The translations under genes and the position numbers were made by a program. DNA of 64,000 nucleotides, taken from positions 8,196 through 72,195 of the forward strand of contig VXSC01000042.1 of NCBI GenBank assembly GCA_009838195.1. The letters run 5' to 3'. Shown one piece after another: positions 1-10,907 of the stretch; positions within the stretch are counted from its first letter, which is position 1; every line of letters begins with the position of its first letter. Source of the DNA: Rhodothermaceae bacterium. Lineage in GTDB: Bacteria > Bacteroidota > Rhodothermia > Rhodothermales > Bin80. Under the pieces are notes generated by a model. That model worked only from the letters and a program-made list of their open reading frames with translations. It searched no databases and had not been told where the DNA came from.

Positions 1-220
1 ACAGTCCTTCCTCCAATGAGTGACACACTGGCATCATCGCGGAATTAGGGCAAGGAAAAACAACTTGTCTAGGCAACTCGTCACGATGTCCCCGCGATTG
101 GCATCCTGACGGTGGTTTGGTTTGGTGTTGTGTGGTGTATAATCCGCAACCGCTCAATTAGAAAGTGGGTCTACGTCCGCTTGCCCGAGCCGTCAATCCC
201 TTCAAACGCCAGTAACATGC

Positions 221-3200
221 TCACATGCTGCGCCGATAACGACCACCCACGCGAAACAGTGCCTCAGTAATCTGCCCTAGTGAACACCACCGCACTGTGT
301 CCATAAGTTCTGCAAATAAATTGCCTCCATTGTGGGCCGTGTTCATGAGTTTATCCAAGGCTGCCTGTGATCGATGTCGATTCCGCAACTGAAATGCCTT
401 GAGGCCAGCAATCTGATGCTGCTTTTCGTCATCCGAGGATCGCATTAGTGATTGTTTATCTTGGACGGGCTGAGTGCGCGGCAGGAAAGTATTGACCCCA
501 ATCACTGGCAATGCACCAGATTGCTTTTGGCGCTCATAGTGCAAAGACTCCTCTTGAATCTTGCTACGCTGATACATTAGCTCCATGGCTCCTAGTACAC
601 CTCCCCGTGTATTGATCCGTTCAAATTCAAGCAGGACTGCCTCCTCCACTAAATCAGTCAGTTCATCAACGATAAAGGATCCTTGCAGCGGATTTTCATT
701 TTGGGCCAAACCAAATTCCTCGTTAACGATACGCTGGATTGCAATTGCACTGCGGACGCTCTCTTCTGTTGGTGTCGTTAATGCTTCGTCATAGGCATTC
801 GTGTGTAGGCTATTGCAGTTGTCATATATCGCAAGTAGTGCTTGTAAAGTTGTCCGAATGTCATTGAAACTGATTTCCTGAGCGTGGAGGCTGCGGCCGG
901 ATGTCTGAACATGATACTTCAGTTTTTGACTTCGCTCATTTGCTCCGTATCGCTGCCGCATGGCTATAGCCCAAATACGACGGGCTACGCGGCCAATGAC
1001 TGCGTACTCAGCATCCATCCCATTCGAGAAAAAGAAGGACAAATTGGGCGCAAAGTCATCAATATGCAGCCCGCGGCTCAAGTAGTACTCCACATAGGTA
1101 AATCCATTCGCCAGCGTAAAAGCAAGTTGCGTAATTGGGTTGGCTCCGGCCTCCGCAATATGGTACCCGGAAATGGATACCGAATAAAAATTACGGACCT
1201 GTTCCTGCGTAAAATATTCCTGGATATCGCCCATCATGCGCAGTGCCAGCTCAGTAGAGAAAATGCACGTATTTTGAGCTTGGTCTTCCTTTAGGATATC
1301 CGCTTGCACAGTGCCCCGAACAGTCTGTATTGCTTCGCGACAGATTCGCTCGAACTCCATGTCCTCCAACACGCCCCACTCGACGAGCTCTTTGGAGGAG
1401 GTACCCAAAAGACCGAGACCACTACCGTCATGCCCCGCAGGAAAATCCGTTTCATATCCCTCAGGCCCAAAGGGGATGTAATGAGGCCGGTTTGATTCCA
1501 GTTTGTTGTTTATCACTTTCTGGGCCTTCTCCCAGCGCCCCGAATCACGAAGAAAAAACTCGGTTGCCTGATCAATCACACTATTGAAAAACAGGGCCAA
1601 GACCACAGGCGCCGGACCATTGATGGTCATAGATACACTGGTCTCCGGATTGCAAAGATTAAATCCGCTGTAGAGTTTCTTAATGTCATCCAGCGTTGCC
1701 ACTGACACTCCCGCGTTTCCCACTTTACCATAAATATCAGGCCGCTTACGGGGGTTAAATCCGTAAAGTGTCACGGAGTCAAAAGCCGTTGAAAGCCGGT
1801 GGGCGGACGTACCTTGGCTCACTACATGGAACCTGCGATTGGTTCGCTCCGGACATCCCTCTCCCGCGAACATCCGTGTCGGCGCTTCAAACCTTCGTTT
1901 GAAAGGATACACGCCCGCCGTAAACGGAAAATAGCCAGGTAGATTTTCTTTCAGAGCAAAATTCAGTCGCGCGCCTTGGTCGGCCACTGCGGGCAAGGCT
2001 ATACGTGGAATCTTGGTATTGGACAAAGACTGGACAAATAGCGGAACGTTGATATCGCGATCACGCACCGTGTAGGTATACGTTTCCTTCCGATACTTAT
2101 CGGCCCATTCATCCCAATTGGTCAGGATATTTCTGCACCGACTATCCAAGCGTTCCCACCAGTGGGCCTCCATCATGCTAAGGCGCGTGCACAATTCTTC
2201 GGCATCAGCAGGATTCCAAGCCTTTACCTGAGCTTTCGTCCCTCTCACCTGTCCCCATTTGCGGGCACAAGTGACTTGGCTGTGCACCCAATCATGGTAA
2301 TCCCGGATCGAGTCACAGATCTCACCCAAATAGCGTTGGCGCTGGGCCGGTATAACCGTATCGCTGTTGTGAGAGGCCGGATTTTCCCCCATAGACGTCG
2401 TGTATTTAAAATTGCATTTCTCACGCAGCAGGGCAACCAAATCCGAATACAGTGCCGTCACACCCGGATCATTAAAACTGGAGGCCGTGGTGGGATAAAC
2501 CGGCATGGTGTCAGGAGTCTGGTCAAATGCCGTCCGATTGCGCTGGACTTGTTTGCGGACATCACGCAGGGCATCCATGCTACCTCTGTGATCGTACTTG
2601 TTGAGCACGACAAGGTCGGCCACATCCAGCATACCAATTTTTTCCAGCTGTGTCGCCGCACCATAATCAGAGGTCATTACATACAGCGTTATGTCCGCCA
2701 AATCGGCAATTTCTGTGTCACTTTGCCCAACACCAGCCGTTTCAACTATAATTAAATCGAATTTAGCTTTGGAGCAGGCCATTATGCTTCCCAGTAGTGC
2801 CTCGCTGGTAGCACGATGCGCTCGCCTTGTGGCTAGACTACGCAAGAATGCTCGCCCCTTGGCTTTCGGACCATAGAGGGCATTCATCCGAATCCTGTCG
2901 CCCAGCAATGCGCCCCCGGAACGCCGCTGTGTAGGATCCACGGACAAAATCGCCACGCTTACCTCATTTATGTCTTCAAGCAGACGAAGAACAAGCTCAT
3001 CGGCGAGTGTAGACTTGCCAGCGCCACCTGTTCCCGTAATCCCGACAACCACTGCACGGTCTGGACATTCTATTTCATTAGAAGGCTGCAATTCTGCATG
3101 GGTAAGTTGGCGGGCCAACTTATCAAATGGGAGTTTACCCACCGGTTTGGAAGTGACTGGAAAATCGCAGGCCTTGAGTATAATATTGATCATATCCTGT

Positions 3201-3604
3201 AGACCAAGCCGCATCCCATCCCGAGATGTGAACACACGTGTCACCCCCATAGCATGCAACTGCCTGACCTCGTCCGGGGCAATCACACCACCGCCACCCC
3301 CAAAGACTTTTATGTGCGCCGCTCCGCGCGCATCCAGTTCCGCAAGCAGATAGCCGAAGTATTCCAGATGGCCACCCTGGTATGAAGACACTGCTATCCC
3401 CTGCACATCCTCTTGCAAAGCTGTTTCCAAGACTTCTTGCACAGATCGATTATGTCCAAGATGAATTACCTCTGCTCCAGAAGCCTGCAGTACGCGCCGG
3501 ATGATGTTAATGGCGGCATCGTGCCCGTCAAATAGACTCGCTGCCGTAACAATCCGAATAGAATTAGACGCTCGGTACGGTGTTACTTGCGCTGGACGCT
3601 CCAT
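221..3604 (-). CDS. icmF: Fused isobutyryl-CoA mutase (IcmF-type): B12-binding domain + MeaB-like G-protein chaperone + acyl-CoA mutase catalytic domain
   Basis: 1127-aa ORF. The N-terminal B12 domain carries [11 protein letters not shown]. The central part has P-loop [12 protein letters not shown] and an NKYD G4 motif typical of MeaB/ArgK. The long C-terminal part resembles the methylmalonyl-CoA mutase substrate barrel. Confidence 0.9.
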   Translation of the reverse strand: MERPAQVTPYRASNSIRIVTAASLFDGHDAAINIIRRVLQASGAEVIHLGHNRSVQEVLETALQEDVQGIAVSSYQGGHLEYFGYLLAELDARGAAHIKVFGGGGGVIAPDEVRQLHAMGVTRVFTSRDGMRLGLQDMINIILKACDFPVTSKPVGKLPFDKLARQLTHAELQPSNEIECPDRAVVVGITGTGGAGKSTLADELVLRLLEDINEVSVAILSVDPTQRRSGGALLGDRIRMNALYGPKAKGRAFLRSLATRRAHRATSEALLGSIMACSKAKFDLIIVETAGVGQSDTEIADLADITLYVMTSDYGAATQLEKIGMLDVADLVVLNKYDHRGSMDALRDVRKQVQRNRTAFDQTPDTMPVYPTTASSFNDPGVTALYSDLVALLREKCNFKYTTSMGENPASHNSDTVIPAQRQRYLGEICDSIRDYHDWVHSQVTCARKWGQVRGTKAQVKAWNPADAEELCTRLSMMEAHWWERLDSRCRNILTNWDEWADKYRKETYTYTVRDRDINVPLFVQSLSNTKIPRIALPAVADQGARLNFALKENLPGYFPFTAGVYPFKRRFEAPTRMFAGEGCPERTNRRFHVVSQGTSAHRLSTAFDSVTLYGFNPRKRPDIYGKVGNAGVSVATLDDIKKLYSGFNLCNPETSVSMTINGPAPVVLALFFNSVIDQATEFFLRDSGRWEKAQKVINNKLESNRPHYIPFGPEGYETDFPAGHDGSGLGLLGTSSKELVEWGVLEDMEFERICREAIQTVRGTVQADILKEDQAQNTCIFSTELALRMMGDIQEYFTQEQVRNFYSVSISGYHIAEAGANPITQLAFTLANGFTYVEYYLSRGLHIDDFAPNLSFFFSNGMDAEYAVIGRVARRIWAIAMRQRYGANERSQKLKYHVQTSGRSLHAQEISFNDIRTTLQALLAIYDNCNSLHTNAYDEALTTPTEESVRSAIAIQRIVNEEFGLAQNENPLQGSFIVDELTDLVEEAVLLEFERINTRGGVLGAMELMYQRSKIQEESLHYERQKQSGALPVIGVNTFLPRTQPVQDKQSLMRSSDDEKQHQIAGLKAFQLRNRHRSQAALDKLMNTAHNGGNLFAELMDTVRWCSLGQITEALFRVGGRYRRSM

Positions 3605-4249
3605 TGACTACCACGAATAAGGATACAGTGAAGAAGCCCACTTGGTCTGTTTACCCTAGATTGGGGACCATGTTCGAATGGATCCAAACCCAAGGAATGG
3701 TTCAAACACGATCAATACGTAACAACTGGCAAAAGAAAAATATCACATCCCATATCCGCAACCACTACTGTTTCGCCGCACTGATAAGCTGTCTGCATGC
3801 GTTGTCGTCAGGCTACAAAGGGTACTTATTCCATTAACACAACAGGGGGGATTCAAATTGGATCACCCCAAGAACCCACGAATCGTCGCATTGAAAATCT
3901 ACAGTCTTAGATCATGGATAGGGCATGCTGGGGATAGCTGAACTAGGTCATTTGAAGAGTTCGGATTGGGTACGAGTACGAACGAAGTTGTCGGATTCGC
4001 TCTGCCTCGGCGAACCATCAACCTGGTAGATCAAAAGGAAATTCCCTCTAACATGGCATTCAATGTACCCTCAGCGTGCGGTCCGTGCGTTCGGGACTGA
4101 GCGAGGCCTCAAAGGACAGTGACTTTATGCATCTTTATCCGATCCTCCTGAATCGCTATGGTGATTAGCGTAGGTTTTGCCGCATCCTCTCAACTTCAAT
4201 TCCCCCAGTTATCGTCTTCACAGGGTTGCGGCTAAATATCTAATTCCCC

Positions 4250-4633
4250 TTAGTTTACCCGGGCTTTCAGGTCAAATTTGGGAATCTCAACCAAGAACTT
4301 ATCGCCACCTTCCGTCTCCATCGTGTAGTTGCCCTCCATGCTCCCCTCAAAGGAGTTGAGGATGCAGAAGCTATTATAGTGGTAGGATTCTCCCGGATGA
4401 ATGAGAGGTTGTTGACCAACAACTCCTCTTCCCTCAACCTCTCTGGGAGCTTGGTCCTTTTCCTGGATATTCCAGTATCTTCGAAGAAGCCGGACTGGAT
4501 TGCGTCGGTGGTTCGTAATCATTACATAGTAGGCAAATGCAAACCGGTCCAGAAAATAGCTTGATTCTGCGTCGAGATAGACAGGCGACACCGTGACCGA
4601 AATATCCTCAGTGACCGAAGTATAGTGAAGCAT
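4250..4633 (-). CDS. apaG: ApaG (DUF525) protein
   Basis: 127-aa ORF of typical ApaG length. Core motifs are FAFAYYVMITN and GVVGQQPLIHPGESYHYNS. Confidence 0.85.
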   Translation of the reverse strand: MLHYTSVTEDISVTVSPVYLDAESSYFLDRFAFAYYVMITNHRRNPVRLLRRYWNIQEKDQAPREVEGRGVVGQQPLIHPGESYHYNSFCILNSFEGSMEGNYTMETEGGDKFLVEIPKFDLKARVN

Positions 4634-5052
4634 ATCAATCAGGGTGTTTCATGTTATAACAGGTATTCCCGCCCACAGTATACGCAGCACGCGGGGATTA
4701 TAACCCAAAACGAACCATGCTCGCACGAAACGTTTCCACAAAGCAGTGGGTACACGGACACGACAGTTTGGGACGTGACCCATCCCGTCACTTATCGTAA
4801 CATCATGCCCAGCGATGCCACGCTCGTAATGGATTGTAACCCAAATTCGGATGCTTGTTCAGGGACACGTATGCATATCAGCATCCGTTCCCGATTGCGA
4901 GGCAATCCCGCGATCAGGGCATCGGGCATTGAAACACCGAAAAGAACAAGGGTGCACGATTCATTTTAGGTATATTTACCTCAACACGCGGACCCACAAG
5001 CAGTTGAATATTGCAGTAACGTTGACGAAACCGTTGAAGTACTGGAAGTCTA

Positions 5053-6948
5053 ATGGAGGATGATTCTGTAAATATCACCACCGAAACAAAATCTGTAAAA
5101 TCCCTCAGCGAAGCAACCGTGCTTTTTGCGGGGGATTCCGGTGATGGGATGCAGTTGACTGGTTCCCAGTTCACTTTGGCGACAGCTTTTGCACAGAATG
5201 ATCTGGCAACCTTGCCGGATTTTCCGGCGGAAATCCGTGCACCAGCCGGGACGACCTACGGTGTGAGTGGCTATCAACTGCATTTTGGTTCGGTCAACGT
5301 TCGAACTCCGGGCGATGAGGTCGATTTGCTCGTAGCGATGAATCCGGCGGCGTTGAAAGTCAACCTATCGCGTGTTCGACGCGGTGGAGCTATCGTGATC
5401 AATGTGAACGCATTCAAACCCCATAACCTGAAACTTGCAGGATATGGGGATACCAACCCTTTGGAAGATGAAGAGCTGCGGAAGAACTACCGGGTCTTTG
5501 AGGTTGAATTGTCACGGATGACCGAGGAGGCGCTCAAGGACTTTGGTCTGGACAAGAAAGTTGTTGATCGTAGCAAAAATATGTTCGCGCTGGGACTGAC
5601 GCTATGGCTGTACTCACGCCCACTTGAACCCGCGCTGGACTGGTTGTCTCACAAGTTTGCCAGTCTTCCTGAGCTTCTGAATGCGAACATACATGTATTG
5701 AAGAAAGGATTTCATTACGGCGAAACCACGGAAGACTTTATTATTCAATACAAGGTTGCCCCCGCACGGCTCGAACCAGGGGTTTACCGTGCGATCCGTG
5801 GCGTAGAGTCTCTTGCTCTGGGATTGGTTGCAGCCAGCAATAAAAGCAACCTTGACCTGTTCTACAGCAGTTACCCTATCACGCCCGCTTCGGATCTACT
5901 TCATCAGTTAAGCAGGCATAAGAATTTTGGTGTAAAAACCTTCCAGGCTGAAGATGAAATTGCCGCAATCGGTGCAACAATCGGGGCCAGTTTTGGTGGG
6001 AATTTGGGAGTCTGTGCGACCAGCGGACCCGGGTTGACGCTCAAGGCGGAGGGGATTGGATTGGCAGTGATGATGGAACTGCCGATGGTAATTATTAACG
6101 TGCAGCGAGGGGGGCCATCGACTGGACTGCCAACCAAGACGGAACAGAGTGATCTTCTTCAGTGCATGTATGGTCGCAATGGAGAAGCGCCATTGCCGGT
6201 CATTGCTGCGTCGACCCCTGGAGATTGCTTCCACGCGGCGTATGAGGCTTGTCGCGTAGCCGTGCGCCATATGACCCCCGTAATTCTGTTAGCTGATGGA
6301 TATGTGGCAAATGGCTCTGAGCCCTGGCGCATTCCATCAACCAAGGATTTAGAGGATTTCTCGATTTCCTTCGCAAACAAACCCAACCAAATGGTAGATG
6401 GTCAGAAGACATTTCTCCCGTATCTGCGCGATGAGGCAACGCTTGCAAGGCCGTGGGCAAAGCCCGGCACGCCGGGTTTGGAGCATCGCTTAGGTGGTCT
6501 AGAAAAGCAGCACGAGACGGGAGAAGTCTCCTATGATCCCGAGAATCACGAATTCATGACGAACCTTCGTGCAGACAAAGTGATGAGGGTTGCTCAGTTC
6601 ATTCAGCCGATTGAGATATATGGTGATTCTGAGGGGGACATTCTTATTATTGGATGGGGCTCAACCGAGGGCGCGATCAAGACAGCGGTAGATCGATTGA
6701 GGGATCATGGACTGAAGGCAGGGACCGTGCAACTACGCTATATTAATCCGCTGCCATCGGATCTGGGAGGCGTGCTGGGACATTTTGAGCATCACTTGGT
6801 CCCTGAATTGAACAAGGGACAGATGGTTCGTATTCTGCGAGATCGTTTCCTGTTGCCGTTTGCTGGCCTGAATAAGATTCAGGGCCAACCGTTCAAGGCA
6901 AGTGAGATCGTAGATGCTGCTCTTCACCACTGTAAAAAACATCATTGA
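5053..6948 (+). CDS. korA: 2-oxoacid (2-oxoglutarate):ferredoxin oxidoreductase, alpha subunit
   Basis: 631-aa ORF with the N-terminal GDSGDGMQ region and the pyrimidine-binding/transketolase-like core of two-subunit KorAB enzymes. Its stop TGA overlaps the ATG of the next gene (TGATG). Confidence 0.9.
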   Translation: MEDDSVNITTETKSVKSLSEATVLFAGDSGDGMQLTGSQFTLATAFAQNDLATLPDFPAEIRAPAGTTYGVSGYQLHFGSVNVRTPGDEVDLLVAMNPAALKVNLSRVRRGGAIVINVNAFKPHNLKLAGYGDTNPLEDEELRKNYRVFEVELSRMTEEALKDFGLDKKVVDRSKNMFALGLTLWLYSRPLEPALDWLSHKFASLPELLNANIHVLKKGFHYGETTEDFIIQYKVAPARLEPGVYRAIRGVESLALGLVAASNKSNLDLFYSSYPITPASDLLHQLSRHKNFGVKTFQAEDEIAAIGATIGASFGGNLGVCATSGPGLTLKAEGIGLAVMMELPMVIINVQRGGPSTGLPTKTEQSDLLQCMYGRNGEAPLPVIAASTPGDCFHAAYEACRVAVRHMTPVILLADGYVANGSEPWRIPSTKDLEDFSISFANKPNQMVDGQKTFLPYLRDEATLARPWAKPGTPGLEHRLGGLEKQHETGEVSYDPENHEFMTNLRADKVMRVAQFIQPIEIYGDSEGDILIIGWGSTEGAIKTAVDRLRDHGLKAGTVQLRYINPLPSDLGGVLGHFEHHLVPELNKGQMVRILRDRFLLPFAGLNKIQGQPFKASEIVDAALHHCKKHH

Positions 6949-8021
6949 TGCCGACCTTACCTCCCTCTAGAAAGCCAACCTTGCCGCCAGGTCGTGGGCC
7001 GCGGAGGCCAGGTCCGTCGAAGCCCAGAATTGATCGCAAAGCCTTCGCGAGCGATCAGGACGTACGATGGTGTCCAGGTTGCGGAGACTATGCAATTCTG
7101 GCCAGTGTTCAGCGATTGATGCCACAACTGGAAGTAAAACGGGAAAAAGTTGTATTCATCAGCGGGATTGGCTGCTCGAGTCGGTTTCCCTACTATATGA
7201 ACACGTACGGAATGCATTCCATTCACGGACGTGCTCCAACCGTGGCTACTGGATTGAAGGCCTCGCGACCAGATCTCGATGTTTGGCTTGTGACGGGTGA
7301 CGGGGACGCCTTGTCCATTGGAGGCAACCATTTGATTCATATACTGCGCCGGAACGTGAACTTACAGATTCTGCTCTTCAATAATCAGATCTATGGCTTG
7401 ACGAAGGGACAGTACAGTCCGACGAGCGAGATTGGGAAAGTGACCAAGAGTAGCCCGTTTGGGTCGATTACGCCCCCGTTTAATCCACTTTCACTTGCTT
7501 TGGGTGCCTCCGCTTCTTTCGTAGCAAGAACAGCGGATCGGGATACCAAACATTTGACTCAAATACTTCGGCGTGCACATGCGCATAAAGGGAGTGCATT
7601 CATTGAGATTTATCAGAATTGCAATATCTATAACGACGGTGCTTTCTTTGAATTCACGGAAAAGGCAACGAAGCCAGATCGAACCATCTACCTTGAGCAC
7701 GGCAAACCTATGTTGTTTGCGAAGGAAACCAAGGGGGTCCGGTTGGATGGATTCAACCCTGTTGTCTTTGACCTCGATGCAGGACATTTCTCGGCAGAGG
7801 ATGCCATTGTTTATGACGAAAACAGTCTGGAGCTTTCGGGGATCATAAGCCGGATGTCTCAGCAACCAGATATGCCACGCCCGTTTGGTGTCCTTTTCCG
7901 TGAAGAACGGCCTACGTATGAGCAGCGCTTACAGGAGCAGATCACCACTGTGACAGAAAAGCGTGGTCCAGGAGACCTGGATGCACTCTTGCATGCTGCA
8001 GATACTTGGACCATCTCGTAG
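6948..8021 (+). CDS. korB: 2-oxoacid:ferredoxin oxidoreductase, beta (TPP-binding) subunit
   Basis: Contains FASDQDVRWCPGCGDY and the TPP motif GDGDALSIGGNH. The ORF track starts at a TTG at 6945, but the ATG at 6948 is the more likely start. Confidence 0.9.
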   Translation: MPTLPPSRKPTLPPGRGPRRPGPSKPRIDRKAFASDQDVRWCPGCGDYAILASVQRLMPQLEVKREKVVFISGIGCSSRFPYYMNTYGMHSIHGRAPTVATGLKASRPDLDVWLVTGDGDALSIGGNHLIHILRRNVNLQILLFNNQIYGLTKGQYSPTSEIGKVTKSSPFGSITPPFNPLSLALGASASFVARTADRDTKHLTQILRRAHAHKGSAFIEIYQNCNIYNDGAFFEFTEKATKPDRTIYLEHGKPMLFAKETKGVRLDGFNPVVFDLDAGHFSAEDAIVYDENSLELSGIISRMSQQPDMPRPFGVLFREERPTYEQRLQEQITTVTEKRGPGDLDALLHAADTWTIS

Positions 8022-8033
8022 CACGAGGCTTCA

Positions 8034-9233
8034 ATGAAACGATCCCGGTTGCAACTGGGAACCTCTTCTTTGGTCGTCGCCGCCTTCGTGGGTCCCGGCA
8101 CAGTCTTGACGTGTGCGACTGCAGGGATTGAATTTGGTTACGCGCTGGGATGGGTCTTGTTATTTTCTGTTTGTGCTACATTCATCCTTCAATCCTTCAC
8201 AGCCGGGGCGGGAATTTTATCCGGTCTCGGTATGGGAGAGGCACTCCGCAGGTATACGCAGGATTCGTCAGTACGGTGGGTGGTGATTTCATTGGTTGTT
8301 CTGGGACTCTGGGCGGGTACTGCAGCATTTGAGACGGGGAATATTGCGGGGGCGGTAGCGGGTATGAGTAGCCTGATGGCGGTACCGGACGGTGTATTGG
8401 TGCTTCTGGTCGGCGGGCTGGCCGCAATCGTGCTCTATTTGGGGCTGCGTACTGCAACCAGAGTGTTGGCGGGCTTGGTTTTGTTAATGAGTGTGGTATT
8501 TCTGGTCACGATGTTTTTGGCACCTGTTGATTGGCAACAGGCATTTCAGGGGTTGATTCTTCCAAGAATTCCAGAAGGTGGACTGGTACGCACGATTGCA
8601 CTAGTAGGCACAACCGTTGTTACGTACAACCTTTTCTTGCATGGGAGTGCCGCCAAAAAATACTGGACTGGCTTTGATTCGCAGTTTGCCTGGCGGCGTG
8701 AGTTGACGGGGATGGCTATTTTCCTGCCTCTGGGAGGGATTGTTTCGATTGCAATCCTACTTGCGGGTGCAACACTAGAGACTGGTTCTGTGGGATCCGT
8801 TGCAGCAATTGCTCCAGTCATCCGACCAGCAGCTGGTCCATTTGCGGAGTTGCTTTTTGGGGTTGGACTCTTTGCAGCGGGGATCACTTCCGCAGTCACG
8901 GCGCCGTTAGCAGCGGGATGTGGAGTCCGCGAAATTTTTGGATGGCCGGATGATCCCAAACACGCCGGGTTCCGTTTGGTCTGGGTTTCCGTTTTGCTCA
9001 CCGGGATGGGCTTTGCATTTTATGGGCGCAATCCCTTGGAAATCATTATTGCTGCGCAGGCAGCGAACGGGCTATTGTTGCCCTTCATTGCCGGGTTTGT
9101 TCTGCTATTGGCAACCAGGCAAAAGGCAGTTGTGATGCCGCGGTGGTATTTGGGTCTCGGAATTCTAGTGACGCTGATCTGCGCCGTACTGGGTGTGCGA
9201 ACACTCTTGTGGGTCTGGGGGCAATTGAATTAA
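8034..9233 (+). CDS. Nramp-like (SLC11/COG1914) membrane transporter, atypical metal-site residues
   Basis: 399-aa polytopic ORF. The TM6-like stretch ALVGTTVVTYNLFLHGS aligns by eye to the canonical GATVMPHxxYLHS. The TM1-like stretch FVGPGTVL sits in place of DPGN. Confidence 0.7.
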   Translation: MKRSRLQLGTSSLVVAAFVGPGTVLTCATAGIEFGYALGWVLLFSVCATFILQSFTAGAGILSGLGMGEALRRYTQDSSVRWVVISLVVLGLWAGTAAFETGNIAGAVAGMSSLMAVPDGVLVLLVGGLAAIVLYLGLRTATRVLAGLVLLMSVVFLVTMFLAPVDWQQAFQGLILPRIPEGGLVRTIALVGTTVVTYNLFLHGSAAKKYWTGFDSQFAWRRELTGMAIFLPLGGIVSIAILLAGATLETGSVGSVAAIAPVIRPAAGPFAELLFGVGLFAAGITSAVTAPLAAGCGVREIFGWPDDPKHAGFRLVWVSVLLTGMGFAFYGRNPLEIIIAAQAANGLLLPFIAGFVLLLATRQKAVVMPRWYLGLGILVTLICAVLGVRTLLWVWGQLN

Positions 9234-10129
9234 TTGTCGTCTCCAAACACTTTATTGAGCTCACGAATTCTTTTGCGCTCTGTCCAAGCGGCAACGATGA
9301 TGGATCCTTCGTAGAGTAGATACAGCGGTAGGGCAGCAGCAAACATAGAGAAGGGATCCGCAGGAGTCACGATCGCACCAATGATGAAAACGCTCAAAAA
9401 CGCATACTTGCGAACCGCACGTAGACGTTTGGGGGTTGCAATGCCTAGTTTTGTGAGGAAGTAAATCACAACCGGGAGCTCGAAAAGGATGCCGGCTCCA
9501 AAAGCCCACCAGGTGACACTGCTGAAATACCGGGTGATATCAAATTCGTTGTGGACAATATCAGAGATTATAAAATTGCTGAAAAAATTGAGTGCCAGAG
9601 GAGTAATGACTAGATATCCGAACAGAATCCCGACAACAAAAAAGAATGTTGCGAAGGCCGCAATAAATTTCATGCCAGCCTTTTCCTTTGGATAGAGTCC
9701 CGGCTCAATAAATTTCCAGACATAGTAGATGAGAATCGGCGAGCCGGCGACAAGCCCCACTGCCATCACAATACCTACAAGCGCAAAGAACTGGCCGGTC
9801 ACCGTACGGTTTTGTAGATGCAGGTCGGCGAAGTCAAGGCCTAGGAGCTGATAGGTGATAAAGTCCGATTTGGCAGGACCCATGAGGATCACGTCTACGA
9901 CCCAATCATGGAAGATTGCCGCGACAATGGTCATGAGAACCACTCCGCCGACTCCTTTGATAATGGTCCAGCGCAGATCCTCAAGGTGATCCAGAAAGGA
10001 CATTTCACTGCCTTCTGGTAGCTCTTCTTCTCGCGGCTCAGCGACGGCCTGCGTCTCTGCTTGTTGAATCGCAGTAGAGGCTTTTGCGGTCTTGCTACGT
10101 CGAAATAGTCTTCGCCAATTGAAGCCCAT
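9230..10129 (-). CDS. tatC: Twin-arginine translocase subunit TatC
   Basis: 299 aa and multi-TM. The TatC N-motif MSFLDHLEDLRWTIIK follows a hydrophilic extension of about 40 aa. Its stop codon overlaps the stop of the convergent Nramp-like gene (TTAA). Confidence 0.88.
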   Translation of the reverse strand: MGFNWRRLFRRSKTAKASTAIQQAETQAVAEPREEELPEGSEMSFLDHLEDLRWTIIKGVGGVVLMTIVAAIFHDWVVDVILMGPAKSDFITYQLLGLDFADLHLQNRTVTGQFFALVGIVMAVGLVAGSPILIYYVWKFIEPGLYPKEKAGMKFIAAFATFFFVVGILFGYLVITPLALNFFSNFIISDIVHNEFDITRYFSSVTWWAFGAGILFELPVVIYFLTKLGIATPKRLRAVRKYAFLSVFIIGAIVTPADPFSMFAAALPLYLLYEGSIIVAAWTERKRIRELNKVFGDDN

Positions 10130-10134
10130 TATCC

Positions 10135-10776
10135 TTAAACGCGAACAGCCGAGTCAGAACTCCCCGTATTTTTTTGGTTGAGCGCCAACTCCATCAGTGT
10201 ATCAACCCACAACCCTTCTTTTTCAAGCTTTGCCCGTCCATTGCCCCAGGTGAATTCAAAGATTGTAAAGAATCCTATCACCTTAAATCCTTCCCTTCTG
10301 AGTTGATGAAGTGCACGGAGTGCGGTCGCTCCACTGTTTAGTAGATCGTCCAGAAGTACGACGGGAAGGCGAGGGTCAAGCGGGCCTTCGATCAGGCGCC
10401 GTCGTCCGTGCGGTTTGCGTTGCACCCGGATGAAACCGCCCAGAAGATGTGGATACCCATCGGCATGAATAGTCGCACAGACCATCGCGTTGCCACCAAA
10501 TCCATAGCCAGCGACTTGTCTACAGCCAGTCGCACGTACCCGATCAGCGATCAGGTCACCGAGCCTGGAGGCAATACTACCATCGAGGAGGGGGATCCGC
10601 ATATCCAAAAGCCAATCAACCTCTCCGCCTTCAGGATCTATAATCCCTTCCTCCTCACTAGATACCAGGGCCATATCGTAAATTTCTTCCGATAAGCCTG
10701 AATGATGTAAGTAGGCCGATTTATCTATTTTTCCGACCTTCATGGATCTCTTTGTAAGGACGACATCTGTATACAA
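10135..10776 (-). CDS. Type I phosphoribosyltransferase family protein (orotate PRTase-like)
   Basis: 213 aa. The PRPP-binding loop is VVLLDDLLNSGATA. The substrate cannot be assigned from sequence alone. Confidence 0.6.
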   Translation of the reverse strand: MYTDVVLTKRSMKVGKIDKSAYLHHSGLSEEIYDMALVSSEEEGIIDPEGGEVDWLLDMRIPLLDGSIASRLGDLIADRVRATGCRQVAGYGFGGNAMVCATIHADGYPHLLGGFIRVQRKPHGRRRLIEGPLDPRLPVVLLDDLLNSGATALRALHQLRREGFKVIGFFTIFEFTWGNGRAKLEKEGLWVDTLMELALNQKNTGSSDSAVRV

Positions 10777-10907
10777 AACCTAGTCTAGTCGGTTCAGAAA
10801 AATAGGATCTACGAGGCTTCAGTACCAATCATGAGGTGTGCATTTGGCTTGATTCTGCGGGCGTATGATGGCGGATGAGTCCAATCTCAAGGTAATGTGG
10901 GTGGGGT

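Noticed and set aside
2162-2755. 197-aa plus-strand ORF (and the neighbours 884-1294 and 2970-3353) inside icmF
   Set aside because: It is antisense to a long, motif-rich, clearly real gene. The products are low-complexity and Arg/Ser/Pro-rich, with no motifs. These are typical shadow ORFs.
6948-7040. Pro/Arg-rich N-terminal extension of KorB with a diverged tandem 24-nt duplication (PTLPPSRK / PTLPPGRG), considered as a mis-called start or repeat expansion
   Set aside because: No alternative start codon exists before the conserved WCPGCGDY motif. Two-subunit KorB proteins, as far as I recall, carry a ~45-aa unstructured N-terminal lead, so this is probably normal.
9230-9233. Convergent Nramp-like and tatC genes overlapping by their stop codons (TTAA)
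   Set aside because: It is real in the sequence but a trivial consequence of the palindromic TTAA, with no functional implication I can support.
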